Assembly: GCA_050733755.1 (NCBI GenBank)
Contig: JBOHTS010000013.1
Coordinates: forward strand, 38,562-102,561
DNA: 64,000 nucleotides
DNA from: Candidatus Tyrphobacter sp.
GTDB taxonomy: Bacteria > Vulcanimicrobiota > Vulcanimicrobiia > Vulcanimicrobiales > Vulcanimicrobiaceae
Reading direction: 5' to 3'
Part shown: positions 18,242 to 26,506 of the stretch, piece by piece
Layout of the letters: each line of letters starts with the position of its first letter
Numbering within the stretch: position 1 is the stretch's first letter
Position numbers and translations under genes: made by a program
Notes under the pieces: model-generated
Seen by the model: the letters and a program-made list of their open reading frames with translations, nothing else
What the model was told of the DNA's origin: nothing
The model's database searches: none

Positions 18242-18741
18242 CGCCACAGCGGATAGCGAACGCCGCTCGCGCGATTCGCTAGAAAACCCAGGATTGCAAG
18301 CCCGACGACCGCCGCCATGAGAAACGCGAGGTCGAGAGGCCTGGGAAGAATGCCGAGCGCGACGATGAGCGTCGTCGCACCGGCCGGCGCATGCTCGCAC
18401 TTCCCGAGCAGCGTGATCGCCGCGGTGAGCGCGAGGGCGATCGCCGCCGCGCCGACGCGCGCGATGTCGATGTGCGGGCTGAAGGAGACGCCGATGAGGC
18501 CGGTGACCCAAAGCGCAAAGTATCCGGAGAGAGCTCCCGCCAAATGGCCCAAGATGATGTGGCGTGGCGATGCGTCGCGCTGCAACGGCTTGGAGAAGAG
18601 CATGATCGCCGTCGGTCCGAGCGACGGAAAGATGAAGGGGCGCTGCGACGCGAGGGCAGCGAAGCCGATGAGCACCATCGCGATGCCGCACCAAATGAGC
18701 GCGTATATTGGCCGCTGCTCGCCTTCTTTGGGAGAGTCCAT
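18238..18741 (-). CDS. HPP family membrane protein
   Basis: 'FIFPSLGPTAIMLFSKPLQRDASPRHIILGHLAGALSGY...' is the HPP-family pattern. I prefer the ATG at 18741; the track start is 18771. Confidence 0.75.
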   Translation of the reverse strand: MDSPKEGEQRPIYALIWCGIAMVLIGFAALASQRPFIFPSLGPTAIMLFSKPLQRDASPRHIILGHLAGALSGYFALWVTGLIGVSFSPHIDIARVGAAAIALALTAAITLLGKCEHAPAGATTLIVALGILPRPLDLAFLMAAVVGLAILGFLANRASGVRYPLWR

Positions 18742-18794
18742 AGTCCCATTATATGGCCTACGCGGCCGCACGCCTGTTTGGGTACAATGAGAGC

Positions 18795-19403
18795 ATGGTC
18801 GCTACAAGAGGTGCGCTGCTCGCGGGGGCGCTGGCACTGGTCCCATACGGGATCAATGCAACCCCCGATGCGCTCACCAATGCGTACGCCGGGAACGGCT
18901 CGCTTGCGTCCTACGACTTCACGATGAACGGGCGTATGGCGATGCGCCACTTCCCCTGGTTTCATTTTCACCTCTCCGGGCGCGGGGAGTACGTGCGCGG
19001 CAGAAGCTTCGAGGTCGACATCTCCGGAATTCCCTCGTTTGCCGGTGGAACTCGGAGAGTCGACTTGAGCATTTTGGCCCCGAGCATGTGGGCCCATCGC
19101 TACGTCGTGACCGACGCCGGTACGGCCGGGAGCGACCAACTCTACGACCTTACCGATCCCTCCGATCCATCGCTGCACGACGCGCTCGTGCGCGTCGATC
19201 CGCTTCTGGGAATTCGAGAGGTGCAGATGCACTACACGAACGGAAGCACGCTCGATTTCCGCGTGCAGTGCGCGCGAAGCGGAGGCTACCTCCTGCCGCA
19301 TCAGATCGAAGCGACCATCGACGCGGAGTCGGTGAGCGTCGCCGTCAACGCGGACTTCGAAGAGAGTTCGATCGAAGCATTATCGTCGAGCGCCGCCCGC
19401 TAG
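18795..19403 (+). CDS. Hypothetical secreted protein
   Basis: The internal ATG at 18795 gives the signal-like N-terminus 'MVATRGALLAGALALVPYGINA'. No recognisable domain. Confidence 0.5.
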   Translation: MVATRGALLAGALALVPYGINATPDALTNAYAGNGSLASYDFTMNGRMAMRHFPWFHFHLSGRGEYVRGRSFEVDISGIPSFAGGTRRVDLSILAPSMWAHRYVVTDAGTAGSDQLYDLTDPSDPSLHDALVRVDPLLGIREVQMHYTNGSTLDFRVQCARSGGYLLPHQIEATIDAESVSVAVNADFEESSIEALSSSAAR

Positions 19404-19419
19404 ACCCGCGGCCGAACGG

Positions 19420-19824
19420 CTAGAGAACCGAGTACACGTCGAACACGCTGACGCCGTCACGCTGCATCGTCATGCCTGAAAGCGTCATCCACTGGGCGAC
19501 GTGGTTGGCGAGCTTCGCTGCCTGCGAACCGCGATTGTCAGGCACGACGATCAGATAGAGTCTGCCGTTCACGAGAACGCCGAGCGGCTGCACCGGCTGC
19601 ATCGCCCCGTACGTATACACGCCGGCTCTTCTGGCGCTGTGGACGTTGAACGAAATGCCGCCCGCGCCGTGCTGCGACTGGATCGCGTTCACGCTCTGGA
19701 TCCCGAGCGCGGGAAGATAATGAACGATTTTGCCGCGGACCATGTGATGCGGAGCGGCGGCGGCCTGACCGAGTGAGAGTGCGCCGAGCGCGAGCGCCGA
19801 CGCAAGGACGAGACTGATCTTCAT
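19420..19824 (-). CDS. Hypothetical secreted protein
   Basis: Clear signal peptide 'MKISLVLASALALGALSLGQAAA'. No recognisable domain. Confidence 0.55.
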   Translation of the reverse strand: MKISLVLASALALGALSLGQAAAAPHHMVRGKIVHYLPALGIQSVNAIQSQHGAGGISFNVHSARRAGVYTYGAMQPVQPLGVLVNGRLYLIVVPDNRGSQAAKLANHVAQWMTLSGMTMQRDGVSVFDVYSVL

Positions 19825-19984
19825 GTACGAGCCTTGCCCAACGCGGCGCGAGCCGGCGTATTCCGCATCGCCCGCCGTGCAGCCGTGCCGCCGCCTCCGA
19901 TTTCAAGAGCCGGCGAGCAAGGCGAAGGCGGTTCCCACTCGAAGTAAACCCACGAAAAGCGTCCTCAGATAGGAGCCTCTGCCC

Positions 19985-20209
19985 ATGGCTGCATTCCTCG
20001 TGCTGGTCGCTCTGGCCGCCGTTGTTGTGGCTCTCATCAGTCTCGGAAAGAAGCGGTGGAGACCCGCCGGCATCGCCGGCGTGATTTTCATCCTCGCACT
20101 CATCATCCACGCTCACATGAACCACGGAGCCGCGCAACAGGCGACGACCGGCAACTTTCCAATACCATTGAACTCGGGCGCCGGCGCTGCGGGGACCATT
20201 CCCAAATAG
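19985..20209 (+). CDS. Small 2-TM protein (74 aa), hypothetical
   Basis: ATG preceded by 'AGGAG' 8 nt upstream. Two hydrophobic helices: 'AAFLVLVALAAVVVALISL' and 'AGIAGVIFILALIIHA'. Confidence 0.4.
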   Translation: MAAFLVLVALAAVVVALISLGKKRWRPAGIAGVIFILALIIHAHMNHGAAQQATTGNFPIPLNSGAGAAGTIPK

Positions 20210-20229
20210 GCGTCGTAACCGAGCGCGTG

Positions 20230-21026
20230 CCGCTCTGGCTGCGAACGCAATCGACGGGATGGCACGAACGTTGGCCGCGGTAGCGCAGAGCAGCGTCCTG
20301 TCTTCGGTTGAGAGATCGACAAAGTCGTCGCCTTCGAAATACGTGAGCACCTTGAGCGTTTCGGAGGGTTGGAACTGCGATCCGTAGATCGCTCGAGCGC
20401 TGCCCAGCCCGCGCTCGAGCGAGAGCCCGTCGCGCACGAGCACGACGGCGTCTCCGGTTGCCGTCTGATGCAAAACGCCGAACGTGTGGCCGACGTCTTG
20501 GATGACCGTCGACGCTTGGATCAAGGGTAGGTTGGCCCGAAGGCTTTCGCGGTCGAGTGGGCGGTTTGCGAAAAAGTCGAAATCAACGGACGATCGATGT
20601 CCGAGCCGTAGGGCGATCGCGGTGCCGCCGTACAGGATGAACCCGAGATCCTTCGCGTTGCGGAGGCTCGGCCACGCTTCGCGCTGCGCGAGTGGAAGAC
20701 TCTCGATATGCGGAGTGAAGCGCGTCGTGGGATGATTCGTCTTGGGAGCGGCGGGACCGAATGCGCCGGCGGAACGAGACCGAGGCGATAGTGCCAGTAG
20801 TGCCAAGAGCGGGCGTTGAATCGGCCGGCGTCGGCATGTTGGATGATCTTCCGCAAGGTATCTTCTCCGATGACGCGTACGAGCGTTTGGACGTCGTCCA
20901 AGCGCCGACGTTCATGACGTGCGCGACGATTCTCTCCGGAAAGCGCATTGCCGAGTCGGGCGTCGTCCACCAGATGTATCTTGCCGCGAAGGCCTTGAGG
21001 ATGTTGACGGAGGCTGTCCCTGTCAT
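20230..21026 (-). pseudogene. Decayed AbiEii-like nucleotidyltransferase module (partner domain + NTase) split over three reading frames
   Basis: Frame 1: 'ILKAFAARYIWWTTPDSAMRFPERIVAHVMNVGA'. Frame 2: 'DDVQTLVRVIGEDTLRKIIQHADAGRFNARSWHYWHYRLGL'. Frame 3: 'DLGFILYGGTAIALRLGHRSSVDFDFF...LKVLTYFEGDDFVDLS'. Frame 3 has no stop until 19538. Confidence 0.5.
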
Positions 21027-21174
21027 GGTACGCCGGATTGTCCGAGTCGACGTTCGCTCATAGCCGCGGTCTGCTCTAGCGGCACCGCGCTCGACGTACA
21101 GCGGCACGCGAACGACGCCTGAGTCTGTTCCTCGGGATATACGAAACCACCCAACCTCCACAGGAATTGCCGCC

Positions 21175-21978
21175 TTGTGTCGGGATGGAGTTCATAGGTA
21201 CGACCGGATGGTGTCTTCGGATGCGGATAGGCTACGTGCGCGGCATCGGCGGATGGCGACGATATCGATCGCGATTCTCGTGGTGGGAGCGATTTTGTGG
21301 ATCGCGCGTAGCAGTCGTGCCGACGAGCTTTTCGTTCTAGCGGTGGCGCCTTCTTTTTGCTTGCTGTGGTACTTTCACCACGCCGACAGGTACAAGAGCG
21401 AATCCGTCGGCCTTCTCCTCGGAACGTTCGCGCTCGGGGGGATTTCCGCGATCGTCGCGGCGATCGTCGAACCCAGCATGCCGCAGCATGCCGGCACGGG
21501 GGTCACGTTCCTATACTTCCTGTTCGGCGTTGCGTTGATCGAGGAGACCGCAAAGTTCTTGGTCGTGCGCATCCTGCCGTACCGTTCGAAACGGTTCGAC
21601 GAGGCGATGGACGGCGTGATCTTCGGAATTGCCGCCGGTCTCGGCTTTGCTGCGGTCGAAAACATTTTCTACACCTTCACCTACGGTGGCGCCGTCGCGC
21701 TCTTCAGGGCCTTCGTCAGCGTGCCGGGTCACGCGTTCTATGCCGCCGTCATGGGCTATCATTTGGGGGAGGCAAAGGTGCGCAAGATGCCGTGGCTCGC
21801 GGTCCGCGGGCTGGCGCTGGCGATCCTCCTGCACGCGGTGTTCGACACCCTCGCGCAAGTCGCGGGGTGGCTCGCGCTCATCGTCCTCCCCGCGTTCGTT
21901 TGGTTTATCTATTTCGCGCTGGTGAGGAGAGAGATCGCCCAGGCACAAAGCGAGTCGCTCTATCGTCCCGGAGCATAA
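21175..21978 (+). CDS. prsW: PrsW family intramembrane glutamic/metallo-protease
   Basis: 'YFHHADRYKSE', 'LIEETAKFLVV', 'GIAAGLGFAAVENIFY' and 'VPGHAFYAAVMGYHLG' are the PrsW signature blocks. The start is uncertain (21175, 21208 or 21253). Confidence 0.75.
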   Translation: MCRDGVHRYDRMVSSDADRLRARHRRMATISIAILVVGAILWIARSSRADELFVLAVAPSFCLLWYFHHADRYKSESVGLLLGTFALGGISAIVAAIVEPSMPQHAGTGVTFLYFLFGVALIEETAKFLVVRILPYRSKRFDEAMDGVIFGIAAGLGFAAVENIFYTFTYGGAVALFRAFVSVPGHAFYAAVMGYHLGEAKVRKMPWLAVRGLALAILLHAVFDTLAQVAGWLALIVLPAFVWFIYFALVRREIAQAQSESLYRPGA

Positions 21979-22050
21979 GGTCGCCACCGAGTGCGTCGTG
22001 CTGCCTTCGGGCCTCGCTGATCTCTCGTCGTCTGAAGTGTGGAAAGCAAA

Positions 22051-22075
22051 GAACGCCCTCTCGTGCAGGGCGTTC
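22051..22075. terminator. 9-bp GC-rich hairpin (GAACGCCCT-N7-AGGGCGTTC)
   Basis: Perfect inverted repeat 73 nt after the prsW stop. On the minus strand it is followed by TTTGCTTTCC. It could act in either direction. Confidence 0.35.
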
Positions 22076-22206
22076 GTGCCGGCGTCGTTCGTTCGTGCTT
22101 AGCAGCCGCAGGAGGAGCCGGTCGTGCTGCGAGAGCTGTATCGCGCGATCGGCGATCTTCATAACGTGCATCGACTCGAACGCGCCTTGACGCCGGTAAA
22201 CCGTCG

Positions 22207-22587
22207 GTGGAGACGTGGTACGGCCCCACGATCGGGGAGACGCTCGTCGAGTCAAAAGGACCGCTGGGACAAGATATTGGGTCGCTTCTGCGGCTTGCGC
22301 CCGGGGTCACCGCTTCGCGGCTTGCACGTGTCGAGTCGCCCGTCACGAGCGGCGGACGATCGCACGGGATAAGCGTGCACGTCGTCAGGAACCGTATCAC
22401 GCAAACGTGCGGCAAACCGGCGATCGAGGCGTTCGTTTCCTTGAAGACGCAGGTGTTGAAACTGCAGAGTTACGTTCTCGTCGACCAGGCCGTGCATGCA
22501 TCCTACTCGCTGGAATATTTCGACCAGAGCGACGTGCAACCGTCGAGTACGTTGCTTGCCGCCATGCACGATTTCTGCCCGTCGTAA
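22207..22587 (+). pseudogene. Orphan ORF in a lower-GC patch; possible relic of an IS3-family (rve) transposase C-terminus
   Basis: Third-position GC is high in this frame, so it is or was coding. 'GISVHVVRNRITQTCGKPAIEAFVSLKTQVL...SLEYFDQS' loosely matches the IS3 motif G-x-C-x-D-N-A-x-x-E-x-F-F-x-x-L-K-x-E ... FYN. Confidence 0.3.
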
Positions 22588-22591
22588 AACG

Positions 22592-25249
22592 CTACGGAGG
22601 CTCGGCGCTCGCGTGTGTGCGCGTTATGATCGCGACGAGCTCTGCGCGATTGCGCAATCCAAGCTTACTATAGATCGACGTGAGGTGCTTTTCGACCGTA
22701 CGCAGCGTCACGTTGAAGCGGCTCGCGACGAGTTTGTTCGAACATCCATCTGCGACCATGCTCGCAATCTCCATCTCGCGCGCGGAGAGGGCGATGGTCC
22801 TGCGCGTCTCGCCGGTAGCGCCGAGTTTCCGGTAGGTTCGCGATGCGTGGACCTGCCCGGCGAGTTCCGCGCAGCGAGCAGCGTGGAGCGGCCAGCCGAG
22901 GCGCTCGTACCAGTGCCTCGCCTCCTCCGCGTAAACGGCCGTACCTGCGGCTTGCCTGCGGCGCGCGAGTAGCGCGCGCACGTGCGCGATGGTGGCCGCA
23001 TAGATCGGAGGCGTATGCTCGGCGTTCGCTGCGAGCTCGAGTGCGCGGCTCGCGGTCGAGTCGTCTGCGAGCTCGGCGGCGGCGACGAGCGTTTCCGTCG
23101 TCCCAAATGGACCATTGAGAAGGCGCAACGCCCGCGCCAGCACCCCACGTGCCTCCTCGCCTCGTCCCATGGAGTGCAACCGGCGCGCGTACGGCCCCGC
23201 AAAGCGCCCGAGCGCCGAATCGATGTTGCTGTGAAATGCGGCGTCGGCGACCTCCGTCGCGAGCGTTCCGCCGACGAACGTAGTCTCTGCGGTGAAGCTT
23301 TCGAGGCTGAGCGCTGCAGCCGCAAGGGCGATGGGACCCGTCGTCGATGGCTCCGGCACGAGGCTGCCGCGTTCGATCGACTCTCGCGCGCTAGCAAAGT
23401 CCGCACGTCGCACGTGAATCAGCGCCGCGTTCGCGCAGGCGAGGACTTCGAGCGAGGGCAGATGTTGCGCGCGCAGATCCGGTAGGATCTTGTTGAAAAC
23501 GGCGAGTGCCTCATCGTCGGCTCCGAGAGCGCAAAGATAGAAACCGAGATTGAAGCGTGAACGCATCGTCGCGGCCTCGCCCATCGCGAGCGTCTCGGCG
23601 ATTGCGCGAGCGGACGCTTCGCGCATGGCGTCGAGATCGCCGCTCACGGCGGCTGCGTAGCCCGCGACCCTCCAGTGGAGCGCCGGCGACGCGTGCTGCG
23701 CGGATTGTGCGATCGAGACGGCCGCTCCGTGCGCGTCCGCGTGATCCAGACGGCAGACCGCGAGATGCAGTGCGAGTTCGGCACGCACGCGAGGATTCGA
23801 GTCTCCAACGTCCTCGAGCGCGCCGGTAAGGATCGCAACCGCGCGCTCGTTGTCACCGGCGAGGCGTGCCTGCACCGCCATCGCGCAGCGCAACTCCGCA
23901 AGCAGCGCCAAGTCCGTGACGGCATGGACTTCCGCTGCTTGCGCGTAGAAGTCGCAGGAGCGATTCGCCTTGCCGTCGCGAGCGTAAACCTCGGCGGCCT
24001 TCATCAAGAGACGCACGCGAACCGCCTGCATACTCGCGCTCCCGGCAGCGCGCTCGTACGCGCGCGCCGCGTCCGCATAGGCGTGAACCGCTGCGGCTTC
24101 ATCGCCCGCGCGCTCGTTGTAAAATACGCAGCGCTCGGCATCCGCGGCGGCCCACGCGTGATAGGCGAGATCGTAGGCGCTCGAACCAGGTCGGCTCTCC
24201 AGGAGGCGCAGGATGCGTGCGTGAAGCGGCTGCGCCTCCTGTGCGAGGAGCCCTTCGTAGATCGCATCGCGAACGAGTTCGTGCCGGAACGCGAAGCGCT
24301 CCGAACTCCCCGGAACCTCTACGACGATCTGTAGCTCACGCATTCGACGAAGCACGCGCAGCGTATCGGCGGCGGGCTGCCGGCACAGTATTCCGAGCAG
24401 CGGCGCTTCGATGTAGCGTCCGAGGACTGAGGCGTACTGCACGATGTCGATCATTCGGGCGTCGAGCTCGCCGAGGCGCTCCGCGACCGCGCCACGGATC
24501 GTGAGCGGCAGCGAGTCCGCGCGCCCGGATCGTGCGCGTGCGACCGCGCTACGCAGCAGCTCCTCGGCGAAAAACGGATTTCCGTCGGCGCGCTCGATGA
24601 TCTCGTCGAGCTGCTCCGCGCCGACGCGAGACTGCTGCGCGATCTCAAGGCGCAGCAAGCGCCGCATCTCGGCCTGCGTCAGCGGTCCGAGTGAGATCTC
24701 GCTCACGCACCGACGCGCAAGCCGCGCCAACGAAGAACCAGAATGCGGATCGAGCCGAACGTCGGTACGATACGTCACCACGAGCAGGAGCGGGAGCGCA
24801 CGCAGCAACGGAAGCAGATGTTCGACCGATCCGAGCGTCGCGTCGTCGGCCCACTGCGCATCTTCGATGACGAGCACCGCGCTGCGACGTGCGCACGCTG
24901 CTGCGATCGAAGCGGCAAGCGCCGCGAGCTGTTCGGCCCGCGAGCTCGCGCGGGGGGTCTCGATGTCGAAACCCGCTGCGCGCAGCGCTTCGATGAGCGG
25001 AGCGTATGGAGCGTCACCTCTTTGGTGGCAGTACCCGATGCCGAAGCGCGTCTTGCGTCCGGCAATCTCGCCGCGAAATGCATCGACGAGCCGGCTCTTC
25101 CCCATCCCGCCCTCGCCGGTCACGAGCACGAGCGCGCCATGTCGCTTCGATGCCTCGAGGCGCCTCTCGAGCAGTTCATGTAGCTCACCCGACCGCCCAA
25201 TAAGCTCGGGGCAGCGGATTTGGCCGACCACCATGACAGGGGCGCGCAC
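22592..25249 (-). CDS. LuxR family regulator with N-terminal AAA/STAND ATPase and TPR-like middle (MalT-like), 885 aa
   Basis: Walker A 'VTGEGGMGKSRLV', Walker B 'VLVIEDAQWAD', a long helical-repeat region and the C-terminal LuxR HTH 'LSAREMEIASMVADGCSNKLVASRFNVTLRTVEKHLTSIYSKLG'. Confidence 0.85.
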   Translation of the reverse strand: MRAPVMVVGQIRCPELIGRSGELHELLERRLEASKRHGALVLVTGEGGMGKSRLVDAFRGEIAGRKTRFGIGYCHQRGDAPYAPLIEALRAAGFDIETPRASSRAEQLAALAASIAAACARRSAVLVIEDAQWADDATLGSVEHLLPLLRALPLLLVVTYRTDVRLDPHSGSSLARLARRCVSEISLGPLTQAEMRRLLRLEIAQQSRVGAEQLDEIIERADGNPFFAEELLRSAVARARSGRADSLPLTIRGAVAERLGELDARMIDIVQYASVLGRYIEAPLLGILCRQPAADTLRVLRRMRELQIVVEVPGSSERFAFRHELVRDAIYEGLLAQEAQPLHARILRLLESRPGSSAYDLAYHAWAAADAERCVFYNERAGDEAAAVHAYADAARAYERAAGSASMQAVRVRLLMKAAEVYARDGKANRSCDFYAQAAEVHAVTDLALLAELRCAMAVQARLAGDNERAVAILTGALEDVGDSNPRVRAELALHLAVCRLDHADAHGAAVSIAQSAQHASPALHWRVAGYAAAVSGDLDAMREASARAIAETLAMGEAATMRSRFNLGFYLCALGADDEALAVFNKILPDLRAQHLPSLEVLACANAALIHVRRADFASARESIERGSLVPEPSTTGPIALAAAALSLESFTAETTFVGGTLATEVADAAFHSNIDSALGRFAGPYARRLHSMGRGEEARGVLARALRLLNGPFGTTETLVAAAELADDSTASRALELAANAEHTPPIYAATIAHVRALLARRRQAAGTAVYAEEARHWYERLGWPLHAARCAELAGQVHASRTYRKLGATGETRRTIALSAREMEIASMVADGCSNKLVASRFNVTLRTVEKHLTSIYSKLGLRNRAELVAIITRTHASAEPP

Positions 25250-25366
25250 TTCGTCGCGTGCCGGTGATGTCCCGGCAAAAAAGGTGTGGTTTCCCGACTC
25301 CCCGGGCGCGCGTCTCGGCCGTTAGACTTGCTGCATCATCAGCCCGCTTCCCATGAGGACGCCGCC

Positions 25367-26371
25367 ATGACTCTCCGCAGCATTCTCACGCCGCTTCTCG
25401 TCGCCGTGCTTGCGGCAACTCTTTCTTCGTGCGAGAGCATCGGAACGGCATTTAATCCTCCCAGAGGCGCCTCCACATCGCTCAAACACATGTACCTAAC
25501 GCAAGAGACGTCGTCGGGCACGCTCCTGGTATACTCGGTGCCGGTAACGTCCAGCAGCACCGCGACGGCGACGCTCTCCGAAGACTATCCGGAGGAGCTC
25601 TTCGTCGACGGCAAGGGGCGCATCTTCGTTCCGCTCACCGGCGGCGCTGATGAAGGCACCGTGGCGGTGTATAACTCGCCCGTGACGGCGTCCAGCTCGC
25701 CTGCCTTCGTGCTCACCGATTGCGCGACCGGAGGCCTTTGCGGCAGCGCGGGTTCGATCTATCCGGAAAAAGTTGCCGAGGACTCGAGCGGAAACGTCTA
25801 CGTCAGCTTTCCGTACACCAGCTCGTGCTGCCTGAACGTTTTTGACGGGCCCGTAACCGCTTCGATGTCGGCGCCGTCGGTCGTGTTGACGAACAACGGT
25901 GTCACGACTGGGCTCAGCTACCCGATGGGCATCGGGATCGACGCAAGCAACAATCTCTTCGTGAGCAGCGACGCTTCGATTCTCCAATACTCGACCCCGC
26001 TGACGTCATCGTCGAATCCCTCGGCAAATGTGAGGCCGAGCGGATTCCCGGCCGGTTATAACTTCGGCGTGGCCGTCGATTCCCAGAACCGCATCTTCGT
26101 CGCCGACGGGAGCGGTTGCGGCAGCGTTGCCGTCTTCGCCGAACCTCTGAGCGGCACGTCGGCGTTTAGCATCGGCGTCTACCCCGGCTCGGGATGCGGC
26201 ACGGGTCACTCGGTGAGCTCGCTCGCCTTCGACGGCTCGGGAAATCTTTGGGCGACGGTCTACGGGCAAGGCGAGGTTTGGGAAGTCACTGCTCCGATTA
26301 CGTCCTCGAGCACGGCCGTGAAGGTGCTATCGGGGGTCACGGGCGTCTGGGGCATCGCCTTCGGTCCGTAA
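25367..26371 (+). CDS. Lipoprotein with NHL-like six-bladed beta-propeller repeats (P0, distant member of the 49-54 kb family)
   Basis: The ATG at 25367 gives the lipobox 'LVAVLAATLSSC'. Repeated blades include 'DSSGNVYVS', 'DASNNLFVS', 'DSQNRIFVAD' and 'DGSGNLWAT'. Confidence 0.7.
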   Translation: MTLRSILTPLLVAVLAATLSSCESIGTAFNPPRGASTSLKHMYLTQETSSGTLLVYSVPVTSSSTATATLSEDYPEELFVDGKGRIFVPLTGGADEGTVAVYNSPVTASSSPAFVLTDCATGGLCGSAGSIYPEKVAEDSSGNVYVSFPYTSSCCLNVFDGPVTASMSAPSVVLTNNGVTTGLSYPMGIGIDASNNLFVSSDASILQYSTPLTSSSNPSANVRPSGFPAGYNFGVAVDSQNRIFVADGSGCGSVAVFAEPLSGTSAFSIGVYPGSGCGTGHSVSSLAFDGSGNLWATVYGQGEVWEVTAPITSSSTAVKVLSGVTGVWGIAFGP

Positions 26372-26506
26372 GGCCGAGGCTATTGCGAGAACGGATTTTC
26401 GATGTCGTACTTGCGGCAAAGCATGGCGGCGTCGTGCGCACGGGGCGGGTAGGATTGCCCTTGGCCCAAGAAGACGCGAAGGTCGCCGCCGATCGACAAG
26501 CACGAG

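Noticed and set aside
22592-25249. STAND ATPase considered as an Avs-like antiviral sensor because it adjoins the decayed AbiE module
   Set aside because: The C-terminus is a canonical LuxR HTH output rather than a nuclease, protease or TIR effector. The architecture matches MalT-like transcription regulators.
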